Source: Podarcis pityusensis (lineage: Eukaryota). Taken from it: a stretch of DNA of 64,000 nt. The notes under the pieces were generated by a model. That model was not told the DNA's origin and ran no database searches. It worked only from the letters and a program-made list of their open reading frames with translations. Every line of letters starts with the position of its first letter. Within the stretch, counting starts at the first letter, position 1. The DNA is taken from NCBI GenBank assembly GCA_964106645.2, contig OZ067046.1. One strand, given 5' to 3'. Below are positions 38,913 to 51,911 of this stretch, in pieces. A program made the translations under genes and the position numbers.

Positions 38913-40184
38913 CTACAGACAAAAAAGTTAGAAGAAAAGGAGCAATACTTCCTATTCATTTCCCCTAATGAGCAATTAAAGACAACAATCACATTCAGCA
39001 GTTTTCACAGTGTAAATAATAAGCAAAGATATTAGAAGTTTAGAAGTTATTTCAGGCCTTTCAGAGGAATAAAGGACAGATATTGTGCTAAGTAATAATC
39101 TGAAAGCAATGAAGAAGAGGGTCCATGTTGCAAATGTGGCATATATAAATTTGCATATTAAAGAAACTCGAGACAAAATAAAAAGAGAAATAGCACACAC
39201 ACACAACAGAACTGGATGAATATCTAAAAAGTGCATACAAAAAGACAGTTATTATAAATATAATGCAAACATCACAACTGCATAACCACACCAGGGAAAG
39301 GCTGAAAACCAGTTTACTTTCCAAGTTAACATGTCAACTGTCAGAATCCTGCCTTTCAGGATCCTAAAGCTATAAATCTGTGGCTCCTGTTGTAGTGGTA
39401 AGACTATGCATCATAGCTGCACCAAAGTAGATGAGAAGACGCCACGCTGAATTTTGCAGGTTTATGTATGTGAACTGTTCCCAATCATATAAACAAGTGT
39501 GTGGGTGAGTTGCTCTTTCTGGAAACAGTCTGCTCAAAGACAGCCCTGAGGATATTTTTTGGTTTGTTATTTTAAGGGCATGTCACTGGAATAGCCACTA
39601 TACAAAAGCAGTTGTGTGTGTGTTCATGCGCATATATATATGAACCCTCCCTGAACTAAGCGTTAGGGCCAACAACACCTCATGCATCCAGTGGAGATTC
39701 ACAATGATGCCAACAGCTTACAAGTGATTATTTCCCCAGCTGCAATTCCCCCAAGAGGAAAATCTGAACCTTGATGTGATGCGGGAAGAAATATGCATGC
39801 TCAGAATATGAAAAGAATTAGCTGCCCTTGTTACTGCTGGTTCAAATTTAGAACCCTCAAAGTTACTAAAAAGGTCTCTGAGAATAGCTGAAAGGTGCAA
39901 GATAGAGTAACTCTGTTGAAACTAAGCAAAGTCTAGACAGTGCCTTAAAGGGATAGTGCCTAGGAACCCTAGGCATGTTATTCTAGGTAAGTTGGGAGAC
40001 AATAAAGCATACTCCCCCTCTTCATCATATCACATGGTGAGAGAGAAAGACCACAACTCCCACCATTGGCCAAGTTGTCTGGAGTTGAGCCCTAAAACAT
40101 CTGGAGGGCAACACATTCAATACTATCTTTCTGACTAGCAGTGGCTGTTGAGGGTTTCAGACAGAGGCTTTCCTCAACACTACC

Positions 40185-40395
40185 TAGTATATGTGCTGGA
40201 CTGTTGCCTTGCCTCGGTAATGGACTGGATGAGAGCCAACAAACTGAAGCTTAATCCAGATAAAACTGAGACACTGTTAGTGAGCAGTTCCCTGGACCAG
40301 ATGGATAGTAGGTGGCCTGTTCTTGACAGGGCTTACACTGCCTCTGAAGGAGCAGGATGTAGCTTGGGATGTTTCTGGGTCCTTTGCTTAGTGAT
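40185..40395 (+). mobile_element. L2-clade LINE RT fragment
   Basis: Peptide VLDCCLASVMDWMRANKLKLNPDKTETLLV is typical of L2 ORF2. Confidence 0.8.
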
Positions 40396-42836
40396 GCGTT
40401 AGTACAATGCAAACAAGTTCCAAAAGCCACAATGAAATTCAGATTTCATGCAGATGTTGGCACAGCAACAAAGTATCCACAAATTTTTGTGAATTGATAC
40501 TGAGTACTGTTGCAATTTGAGCAGTTCAAAGTATACCAGATTTCAAATCACTGCAGAATTTCATTTCAATGCCAGCACAGATATAGCTAACACACATATT
40601 GCTGATTTATAAATATTAAATAATTTCCAAGGGGCCTTTAAAGTAGCTTTTATGTGAGGTTATTTGGTTTTCTAGAAAGAGAAGCAGGTAACTGCAGCTT
40701 GGCTGCTTCTTGGAGCATATTTAAAGCATTTGAGCTGCAAGTCAGCTTTAAATATTTAAGAACATTTATGAAGATGGATTCTTTTTCCTTTAGAAGAAAG
40801 GCTACATTGCTACAAGCAGAGGTAATTTCAGCTGCTCTTTCAGCTGAAAATATATATATATGAGAACACAATATATGTTCAGCAAATTGAATCTTAATGC
40901 AAATCAGTTAATGATGAATACCAGCTTATATAACATAACATAGTGAATACAAACCTGCGTATTTCACACATGTGCACAACGTATTTAAATACAGAGGTGA
41001 TTCCCCATTTACGTGGGGATTAGATTCCAAACCCCCTCGCAAGTCAATGAAATCACATAAAATGGGGAATACCATGGAGAGTCCTAGTAGCTTACGAGGA
41101 GACACACCCCAGAGCCCGAAGAGGATGTGTGGGGCAGCACAGCAGCCATTTCCCTGTGCATCAGCTGAGCAAGCCCCGCTGCCCCTCTGGCTCTCATTGA
41201 GACCCTCCCCAGAGCCCAGAGGACATCCTCTTCAGGCTCTGGTGAGGGTCTCCTTGTTAGCCAGAGGCTTGTGGAGGCTGCTCAGCTAATACACGGAAAA
41301 GCTTCCCAGTGCATCAGCTGAGCAGCTCAATGAAGTGCCTGCTACCCTTCCAGCTCACGTGACCAGCTCAGCTGATGTGCAGGGAAGACGCTTCCCCATG
41401 CGTCAGCTGTGCATGCTCTGCTGCCCCTCAGCTCCTTTTATTATTTCCTACCAGTCTGCTTATTTCTCATTCTCAAATGATCTTTTTTCTGTTCTACATT
41501 TTCCTATCTATCATCTTCTAAAAATGATACAACCTGCTTCTCAGTGCACTGAAAAATGAAAGAAAATATGAAATTGACCTGAAATCGGTAAAAAAAAATT
41601 TTTTTTCCTTCTGTGTCCTATATTTCTCTTATCTTGTGTGTCTATCTCCTTGTCTTGGTAGCAATTCTTTTGAGACAAGTTCTATTTATCACTCAATATC
41701 TATACATCACTTAGCACAATAACCTTACTGCTTTGTTAGTTTTTAGCCACCACTAAATTAAATGCCATTGAGGGAAACATGATTAATTAGCTAGATCTTA
41801 AACTTTACACTGTGACCACAATCCAAAGAGATTAGTAGTATGTGCACAAAATAGCACACATGCGTCTATCCTCCTCCTTCAATTTCCTTTTCATCATATC
41901 CCCAAATTACCTTTACAACAACTACAAATTATTGCTAATTATGTATTTATTTACACACATCAGAATGTGTGCTTTGGCTCAGCATTCATAACTCATTTGC
42001 CATCTTTCTGGGCTACTTCATTTGTTAAACTACATGAACATCTAGTGACAGAAGGATAACACACTATCTTCTTCCAGAAAAATATGTATGGAGTCCAGAA
42101 TGTAAACACTTCTGGTGACTTTGCCAACATGCATATTTTCTGCTTAGAAAACATTATCTGCTTTCCTGTAAGTACACATCTTTAGATACAGGTGAGGTTG
42201 CCATGTATGTCTTGCAAATGCTGTTTGAGAAATGATGCTTGTTCTTCTCAAAGTATTTTGAAATTTTACAAATATTAACCTATTGACACATTTTGTGTTG
42301 TCTGTCACTAATTAAGTTAAAATGTATGTATGATTTTCTTTAAAATGTATTCTCTTAAAAATAACAGAGTAATAGAAAAATGCCTTATAAATTTGGGCTT
42401 AAACCAATTTATGTTAGAATCAGTATCCGGTACATTAATTGTTAAAAGCTCTATATTGGCAATTAGTGCTTTTGGGGGCTTTGCTCTGTTTGCTCTATGT
42501 TGTCCTGCAGGCAATATTTAGCACAGTTGCCATAGAGGAATGCTCAAATTTAGTCATTCATCTTTGTTACTTTATAAATAGCAAATGTACATCTGGCATG
42601 TAGACTGCAGGTCATAAAACTGTTTGAGATTGACATCTTCTGAACTAATCAGCTGGAAATGAATTTTTACAAGCCTCCCCACTCACATCAATCAGGAAAA
42701 GAATCTCATTTTCACCAGTCAAGATACAGGGACACACTGTTTGTTATTTTTCTATGAAGTTTATCAGCTACTTGCCCAAGCGAGTGACGGATGGTTATGA
42801 ATCTGGCTCCTTCTAACTTGCAAAAACATTTTTCAT

Positions 42837-42859
42837 TCTCTCTCTCTCTCTCTCTCTCT
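42837..42859. repeat. (TC)n microsatellite
   Basis: Read directly from the sequence. Confidence 0.9.
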
Positions 42860-42884
42860 GTATTTATACAGCTAGTGCATTTTA

Positions 42885-43132
42885 GAAGAAGAAGAGTTTG
42901 GATTTGATATCCCGCCTTTCACTCCCTTTAAGGAGTCTCAAAGCGGCTAACATTCTCCTTTCCCTTCCTCCCCCACAACAAACACTCTGTGAGGTGAGTG
43001 GGGCTGAGAGACTTCAAAGAAGTGTGACTGGCCCAAAGTCACCCAGCAGCTGCATGTGGAGGAGCGGGGACACGAACCCGGTTCCCCAGATTACGAGTCC
43101 ACCACTCTTAACCACTACACCACACTGGCTCT
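42885..43132 (-). mobile_element. MIR/Ther1-derived SINE (Squam3-like)
   Basis: On minus: A box TGGTGTAGTGG, B box GGTTCGTGTCC, CORE-like GGGTGACTTTGGGCCAGTCAC, (TTC)n tail; possible TSD ATTTTA. Confidence 0.85.
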
Positions 43133-45307
43133 ATTTTACCAAGTATTCTATTGCCCCATGTGTAAAATAACAAAGGCGAAGTCCCTTTACCAAATAATCA
43201 GTCTATTGTAGTTGGGACCAAAAACTGCACCTGTCTCTTATGGTTCAACAACAACAACAACAATCTTTGTTTGAATTAAGAAAGAAAATCACAGAATGTT
43301 CAAGTCCACTAAATTATCATTATAGTACTAGATGATAGACTTGCATTTAGAATATCTTAACCCATAGGGCTAAATCCAAACTGTCAACAAAAATCTAAAC
43401 TATGGGCTTTTATAAAAATTCTAATTATACCAGTTTGCTCCCATATAAACACATGGTTCATCTTGATTATTGTATGCACTTTTGATCTTCATATTTCAAA
43501 CAGTATATAACTAGAAACTGTGAAGAGAAAATGTACAAAATAATCAGAGGCTATACAAAACCTTTCAAGTACAGGAAGGAAAATATTAAACCTCTTCTGC
43601 TAAGGAAGGTGTAACTAAAGAATAACAACTGAAGCATATATAGAATCTTGAGATTTTAAAAATTAAGAAAGGTATCTATTTTCCTTTTTATATTTTGGAG
43701 GGAAGGCAATGACATCCAAAGGTAGCAGGTTTCACTAAGAAAACATAATTTGTCATATGTCATGCATACTCCCTACTAGATGCTTGAATTTATATATAGG
43801 TGTGTGCAGACCTATTCAGACAATCATATATTGGGTTGGTAAGCTAAGATATGCATGCCGCTCCCCCCACCCCCGTGCATGCAGCCTCTTTGTTCAAGTC
43901 ACAAAGAAAAACTCAAAATTAACCAGGTACAAGGCAAGAAGCAACTTCAAACAATTAAACCTGGCTTGTTCTTCAGCTGGTAACCAGTCTCCCAGTTTTG
44001 ATAAAAAGGGAAACCATGGTTATTACAGTGTTCCTGCTTTAATTGTGGCCTGCATGAAAGAGGGAGCAATGGGGCAGCATGTGCAAGTCATAAGGCTTAT
44101 GCAACTTAATCAACCAAACATGGCCAATCTCATGGTGGATTTGCAATACCAAGAAGCTGGAGGCACAAGAATACACTAGGTTTCTAATAAATGACCAGAG
44201 GCTAGGAATGATGCTTGGGATATTTGTTTTTGAAAAAGGCAACTGAAGCATTTGCTCACTCACTATATTGGGCTGGGTAGACCTAATCAGAAACCCAACA
44301 AAGCTGTTCAGTTTTTTATGCTGGCAGAAATAGACACTGAAGCTACAATCCAAACCCCCAGGCAGCAGAGGGCTTATCTGAGCAGGATAGCCACTTCCAC
44401 ATCCATAGTCCCACCACTCACACTGCTCAGAGCGAAAATGGGGAGTCAGGTAAAAATGGATTATTTTCCCATGCCATCTCCCAGGCTGCTGAATCAAAGA
44501 ACCCAGATAGGATCTGTCACCATCACAAGTTATAAAACAACAAAACTCCAGAAAGAAAACAAGTGAACCTCCAAACTAAACACATCCCATTAGTCTTGCA
44601 AGGCTAGGATGGCAAATTTTTGGAAGACAAAAATGTGGCCCAGGGGTCAGCATCTTGGGAGCCAATCTGTTGAATCAGATTCAACACCCAGTGGTAGAAT
44701 GGCAGAGCCCAGCAGTAATGGGACTACAACACACATGGAAGTACTTCACTCATCTCATGTGGTAAGTGACTGCACATGCGGAAAACTCTCCTGCCACCAA
44801 GAAGCACATCTATATACACTATCAGGACAGATTAATCTAAAATAATATAGACCACAACTGGGCTGGAAACGAAAAGTAGCAACCGAAAGGAAATAATTCA
44901 ATTGAATGAGTGTAGAGGCGAAATACATTGCCGCAATTCTACATCACAATTCTATGCCACATTATTAAGGAACTGAGCATTTCGAAGTTATTCTTGTAAA
45001 AGTTTACAGATATGTAGATAAGCATACAATCTGAAATTCAATCAGTGAAACCACAACAGAAAACTCAAAACCATGCAAAGCAGGTCAGTCAGTGAAATTA
45101 GCCATAGCAACAAATGTGACCCTATAGCAGGTAACTCAAAACACGGGCTGTGTTTCAATACAAGTCAAGTCACACTGTACATGGCACTGTAAACTGAACT
45201 GAGCATCTAGAAAGCATTTCCCTTGCATACATGAACAGCTTCTCTCATGCCTACCCACATAGGCTAGAAATACCATCCCATCTGGCTGCTACTACCTGCT
45301 ACTCGAA

Positions 45308-46310
45308 TCAGATGCTTTTGGAGGAAACTGATTTTCTAGATCCATTGCAGTTGGGGTTTAGGCCTGGTTTTGACACAGAAACGGCTTTGGTTGCCCTGTA
45401 TGATGACCTCTGTCGGGAGAGAGACAGGGGAAATGTGTCCCTGTTAATGACCCCCAGCTTCAAAGTCCCCTGCCCTACAATATTATTTTCAAGCAAACTG
45501 AGATTGTGCCTGCATGAAACCAACCTCTCTTCCATCCTTTACATGTTTCTTTACGTGGTTCTGGGAGACAAGGGGGAAGGGCAGCTTGCCGCAGCAAGAA
45601 AGGGAGACACCTGTGAGTCTTCACTAGTAGGACTCATCTCTGCCTCTTGGCCTCCTTCCTCCTCTGCTTCAGCTTCTGCCTCTGATTCTGGACTTCTCTC
45701 CACCACAGATGCTCCCAGCTCATTAAGCCCTGTTAACTCTTCAGCTTGCAACACTTCCTCTTCTTCCGCTCACCACTCATTGTTTCCCCACTACCAATCC
45801 CCAGGGTCTGAACCTTCTTCCCTTGTGGCTTCCCCAGCTGGTTCCTCCCATCATTCCTCTTTGTCCAAGCACTCCATGACATATAGCCCAACTTCTGTTG
45901 TTTATGCTCTGGTAACCTCTAGGCTAGATTAGTGGAATGCATTATGCACAGGACTGCATCTGATGACGGATTGGAAACCAACTGCATTAGCTACCAATTA
46001 GTTTCCGGGCTCAATTCAAAGTCCTGGTTTTGACCCATAAACCCTCAAACGGCTCATGACCGCAATACCTCAAGCACCACCTCTACCCATATGAACTGCC
46101 CCTGCTCCTGCAATAATAGCCTGACACCCTTCTTTGTGTGCCTCCTCCATGAGAGGTTCAATGGGTGGCAACAAGCCTTTTCTGTAGTGGATCTCCATGT
46201 GTGGAATGCTCTCCCCAGGGAGGCTTGCCTGGAGCCATCATTACATATATTTAGGTGCCAGGCAAAAATATTTCTCTTCAACCAGACCTTTGGCTGATTA
46301 ACATTCCATG
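45308..46310 (+). mobile_element. L2-clade LINE remnant, interrupted and internally deleted
   Basis: LDPLQLGFRPGFDTETALVALYDDL (RT start), then VYALVTSRLD and an L2-type 3' region (VWNALP, frameshifted). Confidence 0.8.
45449..45881 (-). mobile_element. LTR-like insert within the L2 remnant
   Basis: Non-L2 pyrimidine-rich block ending ...CCATGACA; similar in style to 315-745. Confidence 0.45.
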
Positions 46311-47133
46311 GCCTTTTAAAAGTGTTTGTGGGAGGGGGGGTGCCATATGTAAGCTACCTTGAGCATGGTTTGAATTGTGGAAAGGTAGCATAGAAATAAA
46401 AATATGTATTTATGTATGATTGCAATGACAGAGGACAGAAAGGCAAAAGGTACTGTGAGGAACTGGAAAAGGGAGGTACATAGAAGATGAATTTTAAAGA
46501 GTGGAAAATAGGGCTGGGGGAAAGTGGAGATAAAGTAGTAGGCATTGATGGAAGGCAGGGGAAGGTGTGGCAATGCTGCTGTAGTTGCTAAAAATTATTC
46601 TGGAAGGCCTTCAATAACGAGCTATAAGAACAAGACAGGAAGGAGTCAAAGCTGAGATCAGATAAGGAATAGTTGTGCTAGTAAGAAGCTTGGTGGGATT
46701 ATAATGTTGCTGACAATGGATCTTTTAAAAATGTGAAGTTTTTACTAAATTATTTCTCAACATCTGTACCTCTTGAAAAACTTTCCCGAATGTGGATGTC
46801 ACAACTATTCACTTTGGGCATGTGTGCAGCTTTATTATAAAGCTCTCTGAATTACAGTATTATTTTTGCCCTTAGATAAAATACTACCACTTGGAACTTA
46901 ATGCTCACTAATGGATTTCGATGTACACATTTTGCCTGCTGTAACCATCTCTTAAGGATTTGATAGCATACTAAATGAAGGCAATAAATGTAGCACATTC
47001 CTGCATGTATCTCATCACAGGTAGTAAAAGCTCTGTATCATTCTCACAGCAGTATTTTTTTCACCTGATTGGGAAGCCGATAATTTTACAATTTTTTTTT
47101 AGCAGTGCAGGAATTTCACTCTGCATCTCCTAC

Positions 47134-47280
47134 CTCCTTCATTGTCCTTGCTATCAGTACATAAAGTTTCCATGGCGACATCACATCCTGCTCCCCTCCA
47201 TCCTGGCTGACAAACACAATGCCAGCCATTTTGGTCCAGAGTACATCTTCCATTGCTATTACACAAGCCAGGGCATCCCT
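47134..47280 (-). CDS. TENM3: TENM3 exon, last EGF repeat ([13 protein letters not shown]...SKDNEG), 147 nt
   Basis: gacag|AG GGA TGC; GAA GGA G|gtagga; phase 1-1. Confidence 0.96.
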
Positions 47281-47893
47281 CTGTCAAAACAGACAAAAAA
47301 AATGACACTGCATGTGATTTAGCTATTACAACAATTTAAAATCTAATCAAAATACGAACAGGGGACACTTACTGGGAACAGGCCTTCAGAACAGCACAAA
47401 TACTGTAATTGCACATGGAGAGTAGCAGCAACATTACCTGGGATTCTAATTCTTAACTAAGTGGCATCTTTGATTGGTCTGACACTTGAGACACCACTTA
47501 CCTGTGCAGGCAGGAAATATATCCAAGAAACCTCTAAATACCTGCAGGCCAGACAAAATTATGTTTTCATGTTCTTTATCAGAGTAGCAGGCAATATGAC
47601 CACAACATAGTACACAACACAGCCTCTAGGCAAAACGACAGGGGTTCTGCATTTATAGAGGAAATAATTATTTGATGTATATGCATTGCTGGTTACTTGA
47701 TGGTATAGATTTCGTTAAGCTCCTTGTTATTTTAAATAAATCCTTGGAAATTTCAAAGTAGCTGTGCCACTCTGCTTTCAACAACGTTAATTTTATCTGG
47801 TCTCAAGAGTTGCCATGTGTTCATGTGAAATTACAGTGCATTAAATAATTGCACAAAGTATAGGTCAGTTTCAGTGACTATACTTTATGCCGA

Positions 47894-48153
47894 NNNNNNN
47901 NNNNNNNNNNNNNNNNNNNNNNNNNNNNNNNNNNNNNNNNNNNNNNNNNNNNNNNNNNNNNNNNNNNNNNNNNNNNNNNNNNNNNNNNNNNNNNNNNNNN
48001 NNNNNNNNNNNNNNNNNNNNNNNNNNNNNNNNNNNNNNNNNNNNNNNNNNNNNNNNNNNNNNNNNNNNNNNNNNNNNNNNNNNNNNNNNNNNNNNNNNNN
48101 NNNNNNNNNNNNNNNNNNNNNNNNNNNNNNNNNNNNNNNNNNNNNNNNNNNNN
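47894..48153. other. Assembly gap (260 N)
   Basis: Run of N. Confidence 1.
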
Positions 48154-48190
48154 TTTTGTGACAATCTCCCTAAGGCTTTTGTGCTGTTAC

Positions 48191-48211
48191 CTTTATATCC
48201 TATCTTGTCTG
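48191..48211 (-). CDS. TENM3: TENM3 second site-A microexon, (A)DKIGYK: 21 nt from 48211 or 18 nt from 48208
   Basis: aaaag|cag|AC AAG ATA GGA TAT AAA G|gtaaca; phase 1-1; DKIGYK follows AHYLDKIVK in recalled mouse Ten3. Confidence 0.88.
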
Positions 48212-48381
48212 CTTTTATGGCCAAGGAGGGAAAATTTGGGAAACAATTAAAATTATTTAATATATCCAAAATCTATTACTTTTTTTTTCATCTAACAGTA
48301 CATCAAAAACAGTATCTGTCACTTCCTACTGATGGAAAAACTGGCATGCAGCCAACATGACCTGTATGAGAATGACAACAG

Positions 48382-48441
48382 TATATATCTATATAGATAT
48401 ATATAGATATAGATATATAGATATATAAATGTATATATATG
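48382..48441. repeat. AT/AGAT low-complexity microsatellite
   Basis: tatatatctatatagatatatatagatatagatatatag... Confidence 0.85.
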
Positions 48442-50145
48442 TAGAATTCTAGTATTCCTTATCTATGACTGCGGTAAGACATTCACATAAGCAAGTACAG
48501 AAGCAGAACTATGATCAGTGGCTACAAATAAGGTATTTTAGGACAAAGCAGTTATTTCTAACTCTATACAGCATGTAATATAACTTGTGCCACTACCTTA
48601 TTAAGATGCATCTGTTTAGTGTCTCTGGGAACTAGCCTAGTGTCCTGTTTCTGTTGATTCACACATGTGCTTGAAACCATCTTTTTTTGCTAGGAATCCT
48701 TAAATAATTATTAACGTACTTCTTTCTCCACTTACGCAGCACAAATGAAACAATCATTCTAAGGCCGTTATTGCCTCTAGCAAAAATTAGTACTTACAGA
48801 TGGAAGGGAATAATAGTAGCGTCTCATGACAAGGTATGATGAAGCTATAGTTATGGATATCATGTCATCATGCCAGGCTGAGATTAGATTTGGCTGCCAG
48901 TTTTTCTTTAGGTACTATTTGCCATCTGCACTTTTCAACTGTATGTGCAGAAGGTAAATTTTTTACTTCTGAAATGTTTTTCTTCCACTTTGGTTACAGA
49001 GGACACACAGCTTTATCTGTCCTACTGGCAAAGAATTACAGAAAACAATTGAATGCACTCAAGAGTGATTATACGAAAGCCTGGATTCTGCCATGAATAT
49101 TGCCATACTCTAATGAAAAAGCACAAATAAGGAAGAGTAGAAAGGCAATCTGGAAAAAAGGGGAGTACTTGTGATAATTAAACAAAAACACATTTCTTTT
49201 ACCACAACTGAAGATATGAGAACGTTTGCTGTTTAGTGGTACATGCTCAATGAAGAGTTGGCTAAATCAACTTTTCCATTGCAATCCAAAACTATGAAGT
49301 ATAATTATTTGATTTCACACAGATTTTCTTAGTAAATGACAATAAAATATTTTAACATATAAGCTTATTTTTTAAAAGCTTATAAACAATTTTTAAAAAG
49401 TAAAATAAATAAAAGCAACTACGGAGCTTCCATAAATTTAAGCAGCTTGTCAGCTGCAATGGTCAGCATCCAAAGCAGCGCACATGATGTTCTGATTGTA
49501 CATGGCACAAAGCCATCAAGGTCCTGACAAGGACTCAGTGCGGAACAATAGGAAGGCACAGCGGTGTTTTTCACCCATATATGGACCCATATCCAACTAA
49601 GTTCTACCCCAAGTAGACCCACTGCCTAGAAATTTCAATGGGTCTACTCTGAGTAGGTCCTACATGGGATACCACCCATGGTGTGACATGGATGGCACCA
49701 CTGGCTTCTTTTACACACATATCTCTATTGCAATGTATCCTTGAAGCTATGACATTTTCTCATCCTGTGACTAACATTTCATTTTTTTCTTATCGTATAG
49801 GACGACTAGGAGATTCCTTCAAGCAACAAAAGCTAGAAGGCTTTAAAAATACCACAAACAGCAGATGCACAGCTATCTTCAGTTTTTGATATCATCAAAG
49901 CTAATCCATTTATACAGGATATAGTGAAACTTACAAAGTGCTTAGTAAAAATGTTAACAGGTGACAAAAAACATTAAAAGTCTTTATCTCTTAAATCCAA
50001 GGAACATGGAAAGTAACATGAATGAAATTTATAATTCATGGAGTACATATAAAATACGTTGCACTTGCCAAGTCTAGTGGAATGGTTGCTATAATATACA
50101 CAGAGATACATGGAAGCATGTCAAGGAAGAGCAAATATACAGTAC

Positions 50146-50172
50146 CTTTAACTATCTTATCCAAATAGTGAG
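50146..50172 (-). CDS. TENM3: TENM3 alternative microexon, splice site A (AHYLDKIVK), 27 nt
   Basis: Long pyrimidine tract, ctcaag|CT CAC TAT TTG GAT AAG ATA GTT AAA G|gtactg; symmetric phase 1-1; peptide matches the known teneurin EGF insert. Confidence 0.93.
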
Positions 50173-51705
50173 CTTGAGAATTAAAAAGAAAAAAGAGAAC
50201 AGACAGACGTTTCAGAAGAGTAATGTAGGAAAGGAATTGTTCAGAATTTACACAGAGAAAGAGCAGTGATTTGCTGAAATGAGATCTCACATCGCATAGA
50301 AAGTTTCCCAATGTTTAAAAATGTAAATTATTATATCTACAGCAAAAATATACAGTCATCATTTGATTAAACACTCAGCATTTTAAAAATGCGTTTTCAG
50401 ACTAAAAAACCAACACATTTCAAACTCTACAGTTTACTTTATAGCTGTTTTTGTTATGCCTAGTCTTTTATGTAGAGCAAACCTAACCAAAGTCATAAAT
50501 TTTTTTGATTTTCAGTTCATGTTAAAGCAGTTACGTAACACATGAGCTTTACAGCTTGGCCAAACTGAAGAACCATATATTTGATTTCCAAGTTGTGTAC
50601 AGTTCAGACATTCTGGACAGAAAAAGTACTGTATTTTAATTTTGTCCTGTATTATCACTACTTCAAAAAAGAAACAATATACTTCTGCAATCCACTTATT
50701 TGTCTCAGCGCACTTAGGCAATTATGCAAAACACAGAACTATATTATTTTATTGAAAGCAGTGGTACCTAGCAATGCAGAAGAAACTAACAGATGCTTTC
50801 AAATTTGAGAGTGAAACAAGGTTACAGATACATATATACAACGTAGCATGTAACATATAAAATAAGAGAAAGTCTATTTGTTTTTTCCACAGGCAGCTGT
50901 CATTTCAAGAAATGGTTGGCTGCTGTTTTTTAAAGACAGGGCAGTGGTTAAATAATAAATGCTTAATGTTTAACACTGCAACTTACTTACACACCATGTG
51001 CCTTATTTTCTAGTCACTTACTGTAGGCTAAGTTCAATATAAGTGTGACCCGTACATTATGTATTGTATTGCACTGTTTTGCTTAAATATGCTATAAAGC
51101 ACCTGGAATCACTGATGGAGTATATCAATTGTCAATCAAACAAAACAAACAAAACAACAAAAAGCAGACAATATGTGACTAGCTTATTTACTCCCAACTT
51201 GCAGTGGCAACAGCCTAGCCTAGCATGTATCGACTGATCTACGAAGGTAGTTTCATTGAAACACTTACCAAATGTAGCTTTAATCAGCACGCGTGAATTC
51301 ACTCTAAGATCATATCAGTGAAGCTGAACCTGGTTTGCCCTTTTTGTAAGAGTCATTATTGACATTATGCAGGATGAGATGGTGGACTGAACTGGTGCCA
51401 TTCCAGTCTGTACACTTTCTGACTGCCTATTTTTTGATGCTCTCACATAAAAATCTCTCTCCACATAACAAACGTACACCATGGTGAATGCTACTGCTTG
51501 GTGCATCCCTGGAATCTTAACTTGATGAACAAATCTCTTAAAGACAGATTACAATGGGATATTCAGGTGTGATAGGCACAAACATAGATTTCTGTAAGTG
51601 ATGATCAGCAATGTGAACTGAACACAGAAGGCAGACAGTGCAGCACTGGTGAAATGTGGTTGGTGACTCACTTCTTTTAGGAGACAAGTTGGCATCTTAC
51701 TAGAT

Positions 51706-51911
51706 CAGAGCTTTCCAAATTGTGTGTCGTGACACCTTAGTGTGTCTGCTGCAGTGTGTAGGTGTGTGGCATGAATGCTGCCTACGCTCCTCCTTGGGCT
51801 GGAAAGTAGTTAGTTTACCCTCTGGTTTACTAGCAAAACTGAATTACTGTGTTGTGAAATGATGTGTGTCTAAAACATTTGTCACCAGCATGAAAAGTCT
51901 GGAAAGCTTTG
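51706..51911. mobile_element. hAT MITE
   Basis: Ends CAGAGCTTTCCAAA / TCTGGAAAGCTTTG; imperfect 8 bp TSD TACTAGAT / TACTAGTA. Confidence 0.8.

Noticed and set aside
47871-48360. Long ORFs over the N run
   Set aside because: Artefacts of the assembly gap; only the embedded microexon is real
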